Positions 50,439 through 60,300 of a DNA stretch of 64,000 nt are shown here, in pieces. Each line of letters starts with the position of its first letter. Position 1 is the stretch's first letter. Location of the stretch: assembly GCA_965197905.1 (NCBI GenBank), contig CBDAOB010000004.1, positions 480,001 to 544,000 of the forward strand, read 5' to 3'. The notes beneath the pieces were generated by a model. It had not been told where the DNA came from, did not search any database, and saw only the letters and a program-made list of their open reading frames with translations. Source of the DNA: Candidatus Latescibacterota bacterium. GTDB taxonomy: Bacteria > Latescibacterota > UBA2968 > UBA8231. The position numbers and the translations under genes are program-made.

Positions 50439-53369
50439 ATGCGCGAGTCAATCCGGCAACTTGTCGCCGTTTCCGTGATCGGGATCCTGGCCTGGGTATC
50501 GGCGCTGGCGGCTCAGGAGCAGCCCACCTCGGGGGCCGCGAAGATCCACAGCTCGCGACCGTACCTGCGCTGGGACCGACCGCGATACCACAATTTCGCC
50601 TACCAGAACTTCAGTAACTACCCGGATCATACGGTGCCTTACGAAGACTCGCGGCGGACCTACTTCGGTCCCATGGGCGACTATCTGACCACGGGCTACG
50701 ATCTCTACAAGTGGGAGGAAGTGCGCACCCCGGGACAGCAGTACGGCAGCGGCATATTCAAACCCAACATCATGTATAACTTGCAATGGGAAAAGGTCTA
50801 CCACGCGGTAGCGGTCTTCCGGGACGGCTATCGTGACTGGGGTTTCAGTTTCATTGCGGGCGACCATCTGATCGCCCGCCTGTCGCCTCTGGTCCTGTCT
50901 ATGACCGACTTCAACGGTTTGCGCTTCGATCTGTCGACCCGCTATCTCAAAGCAACGGCATTGGCCTCGCGGATCGAGCGGCCCCACAGTTACCAGGAGT
51001 TGGCCAATTTTTGGGCCGTGGAGTACACGCACTTCGCCGACGACTCGACCCTGTTGCTGGGTGGGCGGTTGCAGGCAGATCTAGGGATCGGCACTCTGGG
51101 CTTCAACCTGGCCAACTCCCACGTGTACCAGAGCACGCGGTCGGGGAACAGTCTCCAGGGGCGCCTGCGCCCGGACCAGCCGCTGATGGACTGGGTGGTC
51201 GTGCGTTTTTCGGACGACTCGCCCAGGGATGGGATTGCCGGAGCTCACATTCAGGATGTGAGACTCATCGTCAACGGCTCGTCGCGCCCCGATATCGTGC
51301 CTCTGGTGGTGAGCAATCCGGCCGGAACACGGCCTCAGGTGGGCACGATTTCGTCGGCGACAGGCGACTTTCGCAACACGGACTACACTCGCTTTCAAGG
51401 GCATCGGCTCTATTACCGGGGGCGGGACGACCTACCTCTATATTCCGACTACTTCGTGCGCCGGGACCACGAGAAGGGCGAGGACGTCAGTTCGATCTCA
51501 AACCTCAAGGGTTTGCTGTCTAGCTTCCAGGTCGAATCGCCGAGCGGATCGCTGGCCGCCGACGGCGACAAGGAGATCGCCTTTCTCTACGATTTGTCGG
51601 AAGAGCCAGTGGTGGAGTCGGTGGAGATCGAGGTCTTGCTGGGCAACGACTACCGGGCAGACGTGGCCACCCTCTACGAGGTGAATCCGAGAGGCAAGAC
51701 TTATCATTCGCAGTATTCCGCGACTTTCTACGAAACCGCGGTTCGCGCTCGTGACAACGTACAGGATATGACCAACCTGAAGCGCGTGTCTTTTCATGTG
51801 GGCGAAGATACGGGCATCTTTACCTACAGCGCCGATCTCGACCTGACGTTGCCCGGTCTGGAAATCAATGGCGAGTACGCGCGCTCGGCGCTGTATGCGC
51901 GCTATCCGGCGCACATGCAGGGTGCCGCGGAATTCGACGCGAGCCCGCGCTTTGCCCAGAAGGATGACGCCTTCTACCTCAACGCGACGCACTGGTTTGA
52001 ACACGGCCGCCTCGGTGCGGAGGCGTTCTCCATCAATCCCGAATTCACCACCACATTCCGGAGCTACCTGGTCAAGCAGAACTTTCGACACACCCATCTC
52101 ATGGGCTTGTTGAACGAGACGATCTATTGGGATTTGGTGGAGGACAACGACGACGGTGATCGTTTTCCCGATCGACGCTACGGCAACCTCGTAGGTTTCC
52201 ACAACGACGACAAGTCCTGGGACCTAGACGGCGTGTTTCTCAACCAGGACGAAGACAACGACGGGTTCTCGGACGTCAATCGGGATGGCGATATCCTTCC
52301 CGACTACGAAGAGCCGTTTCTGATGTACGACGTGGAGCCCAATGCCTATGTCTATGGTCTCGATCGCAACAACAACGACGAACCGGATATCCGCGAAGAC
52401 GACGGCCAGGTGGACTATCCCTACGATCCCGATCAGCGGGGCTACCACCTTTTTGCCCAGTACGATCTGACGCCAAGACTCTCGTTCGGCGCGGGCCACT
52501 ACTCGGTAAACGAGATTGCCGGACCCGGCCGCAATCGCACCTCCTACGTTTTGCTGACCCTGGACATCCGCGGCGTGGGCGGCCGCCGCCTGTTCTTCGC
52601 CGAGAACAACCTCCGTCGGGTGCAGGACGATATCGCCGACGAGTATCGGGTGCTGGACGACACGCCCATACGCGAATGGGTCTTTGGCTTCCGCGGTGTG
52701 AACCCGTTGCCGGAAGCCCGTGAGTATCAACCTTTTTACACCAGTGAGTTTGTGGCGGACGTGCTGCACTATGAGGACAGTTACGTCAACGAGTCCTACG
52801 CGGATTTGAACATCAGGCCGTGGTCCACCCTGAAGCTGCGCCAGAAACTGCGGGCGCGGTTCAACTGGCAGCGGGGCGGCTGGCTCTACAACGACACCTT
52901 TCAAGTGAAGCGCCGGCTGGACCTCTACGCTTGGGTCAGTAGGCTGGAGTTTACCAAACGCTGGGGAAGGCTCAGCCTCATCCCCCAATACAAGCTCATG
53001 CTGCTGCGTTTGGTGGACCGCGAGCGCGACGTGGATCTGATCTCCGAGTATCGCTCCATTCCTATCCTGCGGCTGGAGTATCAGCTGCTTGAACGCACCT
53101 CGGCGCGGGCGGGTGTGCAGGGCTTCGGCCCGATTCCGTACCTCCGTCGGGACGGCACAGCCAGCCGCCAAAGCTTCGAACAACGCACCGCGTTCCTAAC
53201 CATAACCAATCGCGCCGACTACTTCGGCTACGAGCTGGTCACGATCATCGGCGTCCACAAAGACCAACGGGATTTCGACACCAATTTTCAGGACGTGCGC
53301 GATTTCGACAGCATGTCCTTGTTTGTGCGCGCGCTGGTTGGATTCACCGAATACGGTCGGCCTATCTAG
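50439..53369 (+). CDS. Large exported protein of unknown family, paralog 2
   Basis: Signal peptide MRESIRQLVAVSVIGILAWVSALAA; full-length homology to 34921-37920. Confidence 0.85.
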   Translation: MRESIRQLVAVSVIGILAWVSALAAQEQPTSGAAKIHSSRPYLRWDRPRYHNFAYQNFSNYPDHTVPYEDSRRTYFGPMGDYLTTGYDLYKWEEVRTPGQQYGSGIFKPNIMYNLQWEKVYHAVAVFRDGYRDWGFSFIAGDHLIARLSPLVLSMTDFNGLRFDLSTRYLKATALASRIERPHSYQELANFWAVEYTHFADDSTLLLGGRLQADLGIGTLGFNLANSHVYQSTRSGNSLQGRLRPDQPLMDWVVVRFSDDSPRDGIAGAHIQDVRLIVNGSSRPDIVPLVVSNPAGTRPQVGTISSATGDFRNTDYTRFQGHRLYYRGRDDLPLYSDYFVRRDHEKGEDVSSISNLKGLLSSFQVESPSGSLAADGDKEIAFLYDLSEEPVVESVEIEVLLGNDYRADVATLYEVNPRGKTYHSQYSATFYETAVRARDNVQDMTNLKRVSFHVGEDTGIFTYSADLDLTLPGLEINGEYARSALYARYPAHMQGAAEFDASPRFAQKDDAFYLNATHWFEHGRLGAEAFSINPEFTTTFRSYLVKQNFRHTHLMGLLNETIYWDLVEDNDDGDRFPDRRYGNLVGFHNDDKSWDLDGVFLNQDEDNDGFSDVNRDGDILPDYEEPFLMYDVEPNAYVYGLDRNNNDEPDIREDDGQVDYPYDPDQRGYHLFAQYDLTPRLSFGAGHYSVNEIAGPGRNRTSYVLLTLDIRGVGGRRLFFAENNLRRVQDDIADEYRVLDDTPIREWVFGFRGVNPLPEAREYQPFYTSEFVADVLHYEDSYVNESYADLNIRPWSTLKLRQKLRARFNWQRGGWLYNDTFQVKRRLDLYAWVSRLEFTKRWGRLSLIPQYKLMLLRLVDRERDVDLISEYRSIPILRLEYQLLERTSARAGVQGFGPIPYLRRDGTASRQSFEQRTAFLTITNRADYFGYELVTIIGVHKDQRDFDTNFQDVRDFDSMSLFVRALVGFTEYGRPI

Positions 53370-53752
53370 TCAGTGGACCGGTGGGCCCTTGGTCCGCATC
53401 CAGTCGCGCTATTTGCTTTGGTGCCGGTCGGCTGATTATATTAGTGGCCGGATGTACGAAGAAAATTCTGCGACCCGGTCGCAGATTAACAACCGCAACG
53501 ACGTCGGGCTGCAGCAAGAAACCGGCGCATACCGAAAGGAGGTGGTCCATTGAGTAGTACATCAACCACAGGGAGGTGGATCACCTGATAGCAGCCGGGT
53601 GGTTAACCACCTGGACTGGTGGACGTGAATCCCGAGTAGGGATTTTCGTCTATTGGTTTTAGCCGGGCGTGCCCCAGTGGCACGTCCGGCTTCTGTGTTC
53701 TAATGTCACGGGGAGTGAAGGCAGCTCCGATCGTCAGGTCGGTGCCCGGCGC

Positions 53753-54169
53753 TTACCTACCTTCGAAATCGACCCCCGCCGCTTCGAGCACTTCCGGGGT
53801 GATGAAGATCGGTGCGTTCCCCCGTTTGGCCATTACCATACCGTCGCTGGGACGACAGTCGATCAACAGCGGTTGTGCTCCATGCTCGATACTGAGATAG
53901 GCGAAAAAGGTGTTTTCGCGCAGCGTGTGGATCACCAGCTGGCGCACCGCTGCGTTTCTCTTCCCCATAACCGATTCCATGATGTCGTAGGCTCCCGAAT
54001 GCTCGGGTTGCTTGCCTTGTATCGCCAGGTGCAGCGAGTGTGCCTCGGAGGCTCCAATAAGGATCGGAACTACGCGCGGCTCTGGCCCTTTGAGGAACAC
54101 CGCGACTACTTCCACATGGGGTTGAAGCTCGATGATGTTGACAGATATGAGGTGGTTGCCGGCGGTCAT
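53753..54169 (-). CDS. Bifunctional nuclease (DUF151/BFN) family protein
   Basis: VPILIGASEA, FFAYL and IDCRPSDG..APIF motifs. Confidence 0.85.
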   Translation of the reverse strand: MTAGNHLISVNIIELQPHVEVVAVFLKGPEPRVVPILIGASEAHSLHLAIQGKQPEHSGAYDIMESVMGKRNAAVRQLVIHTLRENTFFAYLSIEHGAQPLLIDCRPSDGMVMAKRGNAPIFITPEVLEAAGVDFEGR

Positions 54170-54187
54170 GGTGTAGCAACAAACAAC

Positions 54188-54226
54188 TGGCGCACCCAGA
54201 AGGACTCGAACCCTCAACCTAATGGT
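54188..54226 (-). repeat. Orphan tRNA 3' fragment (probably Arg; attR-like)
   Basis: ACCATTAGGTTGAGGG-TTCGAGT-CCTTCTGGGTGCG-CCA; anticodon absent, so the isotype is inferred. Confidence 0.75.
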
Positions 54227-54307
54227 CGCTGGCTCAGGTGCGCAAGCTGATGGGCGTGAAGGTGCAGACCAAATATAGCTGAGTAAAAGGTGAATGTAGC
54301 TGGTTGA
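54220..54307 (+). repeat. Element tail module, copy C (degenerate)
   Basis: TAATGGTCGCTGGCTCAGGTGCGCAAGCTGATGGGCGTG...GTGAATGTAGCTGGTTGA. Confidence 0.8.
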
Positions 54308-54499
54308 GTAACTGCCATTCGGGATGCTGGACGCCAAATCCAGTATTGCGGACAATCCCAGTGGCAATTCCTCGCCGTTAAAACCCCGGTTCATTCTCCG
54401 TAACTAGCTTTTCCCCAATCATTTAGCGTCTATCCCTGGACGCTTTTTCATTGTTGGCCCCCTCTTTGCATGGTATTATTCAGATCCAGGAATCCTGTT

Positions 54500-54960
54500 A
54501 TGAATTTGCCGTTGGCTGTGGTGGGGTTGCTTACTTCGGGGATTGTCGGCTGTCACGATGCTCCCCAGAAGAACCCGTTTGATCCGGCGTCCGGCGGCAT
54601 CAAGACCTGGAGGGCGACTTCGTCATCGAAAGCCAAGAAGATCTCGATGCCCTGATCGAGCAAGGCGGACGCGCCTTTGAGATCGCTGGCTCGCTGATCA
54701 TGGAAGAGCCGTCGTTCACAACCTTGGAGGGTTTGAAGAATCTGACCCGTGTCGGCGGGGACCTGATTATCGGCATCGGCCGGTACACGGGCTTCATTCA
54801 CTTTGATGTCACCGTTGATGCCGACTTCCTCACGAGTCTGCGCGGCCTGGATAACCTGACTGAGGTAGGAGGCTCGCTGTGGATCATCGGGCACAGCGGA
54901 CTGACAAGTCTGGACGGGTTGCAGAACCTGCGCCAGATCGGCGGGCACCCCGGCGTCACG
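54500..54960 (+). pseudogene. Lipoprotein with receptor-L/LRR-like repeats, frameshifted near 54608 and truncated
   Basis: GIVGC lipobox; LEGLKNLTRVGGDL, LRGLDNLTEVGGSL and LDGLQNLRQIGG repeats. Confidence 0.7.
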
Positions 54961-55270
54961 CTGAGTTCCGCAGTTACCTCGAAGGCATGGGGCTGCCGTC
55001 ACGGGCGCAGAATTCGATTACGTGAGCTGACCATCGTCAGGTGTCCGGCAGGCGAAGTATGCCCCCGGTGCTGCTCAAGGACGGCAGGAACGGTCGCCGC
55101 TGCGCAGACCCTTCGTCCTTGGACTGATCACCAACTACAAATCCACTCACTTGGTCAAAAGTCCGCAGCCCGGTGCTGTCGATCTCCTTGCTCGAACTAC
55201 CGATAATGTCTATCTGTGCTAGTCGTTCCGCTTTCCTCCCACACCTTTCACTAAATGGCGAGACGAGTTC

Positions 55271-56851
55271 ATGAGCGAGCAATCTCCTTTCACCGAACCG
55301 CAAAAGAGACCTCCCCGAATTCGACGCAACTGCGGCGCCTGGAATCCACTCGTCGACCTTACCGACATTTTTGCCGGAAATCGCAGCATCGATCAAAAGG
55401 GGGTGTTCGACCTCTTCGATGCCCCCGTTGGCGTAGCACTGCGGGTCGAGCCGGCCGAACGGTCGGAACCGCTGATAGAAGCGGCGACACCATGGGAGAT
55501 CGGGGACGCCATCGGCCCGCTATTCATCTGGAAGACAGAGGCCGGGTTCAACCTCCTGTACGGATCAAAGAATGGCACTTGTTATGCGACGAGTGACGAT
55601 GCCTACCAGTGGCAGCGGCCCGAGTTGGGCGAGGTTACCTTCAACGGCTCCACCGCCAACAACCTTCTCGGCCAGGGGATCTCCGGATCTACCGCCGTCT
55701 TCATCGACGCCCATGCTCCTCCAGAAGAACGCTTCAAAGCCATGGGCGGCGACATGGCGTGGTACGATCCGACCACATGCCAATCGCTGGATGACGAGGA
55801 AGCGAAGAAACGCTATGATGCCGAGGGATATCAGGGGGATAGCTACGACGGCCCCCGGGCAGAGATCTGGGGACGAACGCTCGGTTGGACGTCGCCCGAC
55901 GGATTGCATTGGCAACCGCTGCCCAACGCCCTGGGTAATCGTCCGGTAAATGGCGGCATCTCCGCGCGCTACGACGAGGCCACAAAACAGTACATTTGCT
56001 ACCAGCAAATCATGGGGTATGAGGCCGAAGTCTTAAACGGGATCGGTACCGCGAGTATCGAGGAGGAAACCCACCGCCGGACCATCGCCTTTTCGTGCAC
56101 CCGGGACTTCCGCACCTGGCCGGCGCCCAAACTGATTTTGGCTCCGGATGCCCAGGACGATCTCGACATCGATTTCTACGGCGCCAACTACTTCCCCTAC
56201 CCCGAACGCACCGACCTCCATGCCATGATCGTTCCGATCTTTCACCGGGAGGCGGGCCACGTCGACAACCAGATCGCCTTCAGTCGCGACGGATTGTTTT
56301 GGACGCGCCCCGAGCGCCGCGCCATTCATACGGTGGGAGTTCCCGGCAGCGGCGAAGACTGCCAGGTGCACACCTGGCGCAACGGCCTGGTGGAGTTGCT
56401 CGACGGCCATTGGGCCATTGCCTACACGGGACACTCGGTGCTGCACAACGTACAGAAGGGGGACCGAGACCGGCTCTTCCCGCGCGGTCGCGCCATACAG
56501 ATCCGCTACGCGCTCTGGCGTCCGCACCGCTTGTGTGGAATCGAAGCGGCAGGCGAGGGACGGTTCACCATGCCATGCCTGTACCGACAGGGCGATCAGC
56601 TGCGGCTGAACTACCGCTGCGCCCCCGGCGGCTGGATCGCCGTCGAGCTGCTCCCCAAGACGCCCCACAGACTCCAGCCCGATCTCGAGCCTGTCGCTGG
56701 ATTCACTTTTGCCGACTGCGACCGCTTGATGGGCGACGAGTCCGACCGCGCCGTCACCTGGAAGGGAAAGAGCGATATCTCTTTCATCGGTGAAACAGTG
56801 GCTATTCGTCTGAAGATGTTTCAGGCGAAGCTTTTTGCTTACAAGGTGTAA
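55271..56851 (+). CDS. Hypothetical glycosyl-hydrolase-like beta-propeller protein
   Basis: SDDAYQWQRPELG, SPDGLHW and FSRDGLFW repeats; C-terminal beta domain. Confidence 0.65.
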   Translation: MSEQSPFTEPQKRPPRIRRNCGAWNPLVDLTDIFAGNRSIDQKGVFDLFDAPVGVALRVEPAERSEPLIEAATPWEIGDAIGPLFIWKTEAGFNLLYGSKNGTCYATSDDAYQWQRPELGEVTFNGSTANNLLGQGISGSTAVFIDAHAPPEERFKAMGGDMAWYDPTTCQSLDDEEAKKRYDAEGYQGDSYDGPRAEIWGRTLGWTSPDGLHWQPLPNALGNRPVNGGISARYDEATKQYICYQQIMGYEAEVLNGIGTASIEEETHRRTIAFSCTRDFRTWPAPKLILAPDAQDDLDIDFYGANYFPYPERTDLHAMIVPIFHREAGHVDNQIAFSRDGLFWTRPERRAIHTVGVPGSGEDCQVHTWRNGLVELLDGHWAIAYTGHSVLHNVQKGDRDRLFPRGRAIQIRYALWRPHRLCGIEAAGEGRFTMPCLYRQGDQLRLNYRCAPGGWIAVELLPKTPHRLQPDLEPVAGFTFADCDRLMGDESDRAVTWKGKSDISFIGETVAIRLKMFQAKLFAYKV

Positions 56852-57074
56852 GTGGGGGCGGTAACAGACACTCCGCCTGGATCGTCCTGGCGGCCGAGTA
56901 CGGACCGTGTATTTGGTGTCCTGCGCCGCCGATCCCTCGGACCAGAACGAGTAGAGGCTCGCCTGGCGCAAGGTGAAACGCAGTTGCACTGCCTTCGCCT
57001 CATGCGGCGATATTCCCATCCTGCCAGACCACCTCGGCGCGGGGCTGTCCCCAAAAGCGGTGCAGACACAGGGT

Positions 57075-57135
57075 AATGGCGGAATATGCGGCGGCGGACG
57101 TGGATAATGGTCGCTGGTGCGGAAACTGATGGGCC
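57075..57135 (+). repeat. Element tail module, copy E (end of TerS-like gene + truncated tail)
   Basis: ATGGCGGAATATGCGGCGGCGGACGT-GGATAATGGTCGCTGG..TGCGGAAACTGATGGGC aligns to the reverse complement of ~25575-25640. Confidence 0.65.
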
Positions 57136-57302
57136 ATCTCGCCTGGGGTTCAATATCTCTAACTCAACTAATAACACTTAGGGATATTCGCTTTACGCCG
57201 CCGCGTGGAAAGGCGCTCGCGAGTCGCGTTGGGAAGGCCGTGGGCCCTGATCACGGATCTTGAGATCGGGTGCCCACGTACGGGTCCCTGCACCCAGGTA
57301 TC

Positions 57303-58127
57303 TCATGCAAGGTGGGGGATCTCAGCCACAAAGAGGCTCCCCGATCCGATGGTGCTGGTGACCTCCACGCCCCCACCCAAAAGCCTGCCAAACTCTCGAA
57401 CAATGGACAGGCCCAGACCAGTACCGCCATGGACGCGCGTGCTACTGGAGTCCGCCTGCGTAAAGGGCTCAAACACACGCTCGATCTGCTCGTCGGTCAT
57501 GCCCACTCCAGTGTCCGATACCAGGAAACGCAGCGACGGACCGCCATCGCCTTCGACTTGCTCGATGCGCAGTTCAATGTTCCCCTGTTCGGTAAACTTG
57601 CAAGCATTGGACAGAAGATTCAGCAGCAATTGGCGCAGCTTTGCGCAGTCAGTGCGAATTTGGGGCAGGTGGGACGCCCGAACAATCTCAAATGCATTGC
57701 TGTTGGCCTTGGCCAACTGCGTTGTGGTCGCCTCCACGCTCCTAAGCAGGACATCCAGATCAAGCGGCTGGCAGTCCAGCTCCATGTGGCCAGCTTCTAT
57801 CTTGGACAGGTCTAGCACTTGATTGATCAGAGACAGCAGGTCCTGCCCGGAATTCTTGATCTTGATCAGGTCCGCCGCCGCATCACTGAACTCACCCGCG
57901 TTGGCCTCCTCCTCCATCATTTCGGCGTAGCCAATGATGGCGTTCAGGGGCGTGCGCAGCTCATGACTCATGGTGTTCAAGAACTCCGATTTTGCCTGGG
58001 TTGCCTTCAGCAGACCCTGATTTGCCAGAAAGAGCGCACGCGTTTTCTCCTCGGCGATTTTCTCTGCGGCCTTGCGAGCCTGGACCTCTCTCTTGAGACG
58101 TCGTTTGAGCAACTCGATGGAATCCAT
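57303..58127 (-). CDS. Soluble sensor histidine kinase (HisKA + HATPase)
   Basis: MSHELRTPLNAIIG, NLLSNACKFT, DTGVG and GGTGLGL motifs. Confidence 0.93.
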   Translation of the reverse strand: MDSIELLKRRLKREVQARKAAEKIAEEKTRALFLANQGLLKATQAKSEFLNTMSHELRTPLNAIIGYAEMMEEEANAGEFSDAAADLIKIKNSGQDLLSLINQVLDLSKIEAGHMELDCQPLDLDVLLRSVEATTTQLAKANSNAFEIVRASHLPQIRTDCAKLRQLLLNLLSNACKFTEQGNIELRIEQVEGDGGPSLRFLVSDTGVGMTDEQIERVFEPFTQADSSSTRVHGGTGLGLSIVREFGRLLGGGVEVTSTIGSGSLFVAEIPHLA

Positions 58128-58132
58128 TGGAA

Positions 58133-58684
58133 TCAGCCGGCACCGCTTCGACGGAGGCTGAAACGAACTTCCGACCGGTGGCCATCTGACAGTTCCTCCT
58201 CTTGGACGATCATCGGCTCGGAGAAATGTGCAAGGCAGCCCTGAATCAAACCGGCCGCAAGGTCGCCCAGACAGCGAGGAGACTTGTAGACAAGCTCCAG
58301 CCGCTCGTCGCCTGTCCGGGTCACGGCGAACCTGGGCAACTCCGCGTCCGGGTAGAGCTTCTTGACCTCCACATGAATCTTGGCATCAATTCCTTCAAGG
58401 AAGTCGAAAGCCGAAGTGACACCCACAAAGAAGCTCGGGTAGGCGCTCGCAAAGCGACCGAAAAGGTGCTCTCCAAAGGCACGAACCAAAGCGGGCGCTG
58501 GAGTCCCCGTTTCTTGGGCCAGGGCCGCAACCAGGTTTGTCATTTCCTTGGCATCGTAAGTGCCGATGGCAGTGTAGGCACCACCTGACGGAAGGTCGCA
58601 GCGGTCAATCAGAGTCTCGGTAAGCTCGGGAGAAAAGTGGCTGTCCACCATTTCCATAAATTCCGTGAACACAACGCCCTTCAT
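58133..58684 (-). CDS. Heme NO-binding (H-NOX/HNOB) protein
   Basis: MKGVVFTEF, IHVEVKKLYPDAELP and YKSPR (YxSxR). Confidence 0.92.
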   Translation of the reverse strand: MKGVVFTEFMEMVDSHFSPELTETLIDRCDLPSGGAYTAIGTYDAKEMTNLVAALAQETGTPAPALVRAFGEHLFGRFASAYPSFFVGVTSAFDFLEGIDAKIHVEVKKLYPDAELPRFAVTRTGDERLELVYKSPRCLGDLAAGLIQGCLAHFSEPMIVQEEELSDGHRSEVRFSLRRSGAG

Positions 58685-58868
58685 TCGTCACTCCTTTCGT
58701 TGACCGGCCAGTTCGAGGAACCGCACTACACCACGATTCCGCCTGACCCAAAGTAATCAAGCGCACCTTGACGCGCCAAAAGCTGCAGTCTCGGAACAGA
58801 TACAATCCCTCGTGAGGGAGTCAACGTATTACACGAGGTGGAATAGGCCCATTTCTGTAGTCCATGTC

Positions 58869-59235
58869 GGCGTTGTTGCATGGCTCGCCACAGGTGCATT
58901 TTCCCGTTTGGTCACTCGCGTCACGCCACAATCTTCACTGATTCGGGCATGCCAAGTGCCGTCATCCGATTGATGACATTGACGGCGATCAACGCCTCCC
59001 GCTTCTGGGACTCGCGATGCTGGGCTCGGAGACGATCTGCGATAATGCGTTTGTATCGGTACATCCCGTTCCCGGCGCGAGCCTGGTAGTGAGCGCCCGA
59101 CTCCTTGCGTCATTGTCGTCGACCGACTTCGCCAATCCTCTCGATCGCGTCGTCGGTTGGCACCGAAGTCCCTTGGCTCGCGAATCCGCGGTGGCCGTCT
59201 TTTTCGGCGGGATCACGATCTTGATGTTGGCACCT
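58869..59235 (-). mobile_element. IS5-family (IS903-like) 3' remnant with terminal inverted repeat
   Basis: IVIPPKKTA / RAENGMYRYKRII..NVINRMTALGMP; GGCGTTGTTGCAT IR at 58869. Confidence 0.85.
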
Positions 59236-59628
59236 GTTCCTCTATGAAGAACCGAGAGAACTGACAAAAGGGTCTTCTGTCGGTTTTGTCGGTGCTTTCT
59301 TATAGGTATCTACGAATTTTTCAAGCTGGTTCATCCACTTACCCCGCAATTTCGGCCACCAGCAGGTCGATCTACTGAACTTCATCAATGGTGATTGCAA
59401 TCGGGGTGACAGACTCGTCCGTGCTCCGTGCGACCAACTGCCTCAAAGTGGACAGGCCTGGCTTCACAAAGCACTGTCATACGAGATGTTAGGCGAAAAC
59501 GAAAACTCACTGAAGGCTGCGAGAGGTCGCTTCAACTCGAGCCCGGTAAGCCGACTGCGATCGAGCTTAGAGAAACCATGTTGATGGCGCTAGGCTATAT
59601 CCTCTACTTCGTGCAGCTGTTCGGGGGT

Positions 59629-59680
59629 ATGGGCGTACCAGATCAATATCGCTGAACAGCAGGTGAACGTGGCTGAATAA
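59629..59680 (+). repeat. Element tail module, copy D (QINIAEQQVNVAE*)
   Basis: CAGATCAATATCGCTGAACAGCAGGTGAACGTGGCTGAATAA. Confidence 0.8.
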
Positions 59681-60110
59681 GTTTCAGCTTCTTTTCGGTC
59701 CAACCTTCAGTGCACCCTCCTCCAGGTAGGACGTACAAGTGCCAGGGACTCCTTGGTGCACCCTCGGAATCTTCGTACTATACCGGCACAGACGATGACG
59801 GAAGATTTCATCTGGATTGCTCACATCTAGTTGATGCCCCACTGTGCCATATAACCCTTTCTGGAACACAGAAGAAAAGACTTCGATTAGATAAAGCGTG
59901 TCAGTAACGAATTGAAAGCGAAAATTGACGACCTACCTTGGGCACTCATGAACTAGAAGCCACCAAGGTCTTCGTGCCGATAGAAACGATGGATCGGAGT
60001 ACTACAAGATTTTATGAGCGGTGTATTAACAAACAAGCGATCCATCACTCTCCAAGGACGACGGATAAGGGCACCGCGCAATTAGACTATATGACGCGTT
60101 GATGAACTGA

Positions 60111-60139
60111 TTGACAAAGCACTGATACGTTTCTCTAAT
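60111..60139 (+). promoter_or_regulatory. Sigma70-like promoter
   Basis: TTGACA-17 bp-TCTAAT. Confidence 0.55.
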
Positions 60140-60300
60140 CGGTGAGTCTAAACGTGGAGATCGTGACCATGCAGAAGAACAGGTCCGTTCCTGAGGGTGT
60201 GGAGCAAAGTGGAAGGCCGTTCCCTATTCTCCAGCAGAATCGACTTCAATCTAAAACCCACCAACTGATTTTGATGTGGGTAATACCCGTTAACCTTCCT
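60116..60300 (+). repeat. ~190-bp repeat, copy 2
   Basis: Homologous to 28700-28893. Confidence 0.8.

Noticed and set aside
59690..60100. AT-richer stretch as a coding region
   Set aside because: Only short ORFs with no recognisable motif; probably a decayed fragment
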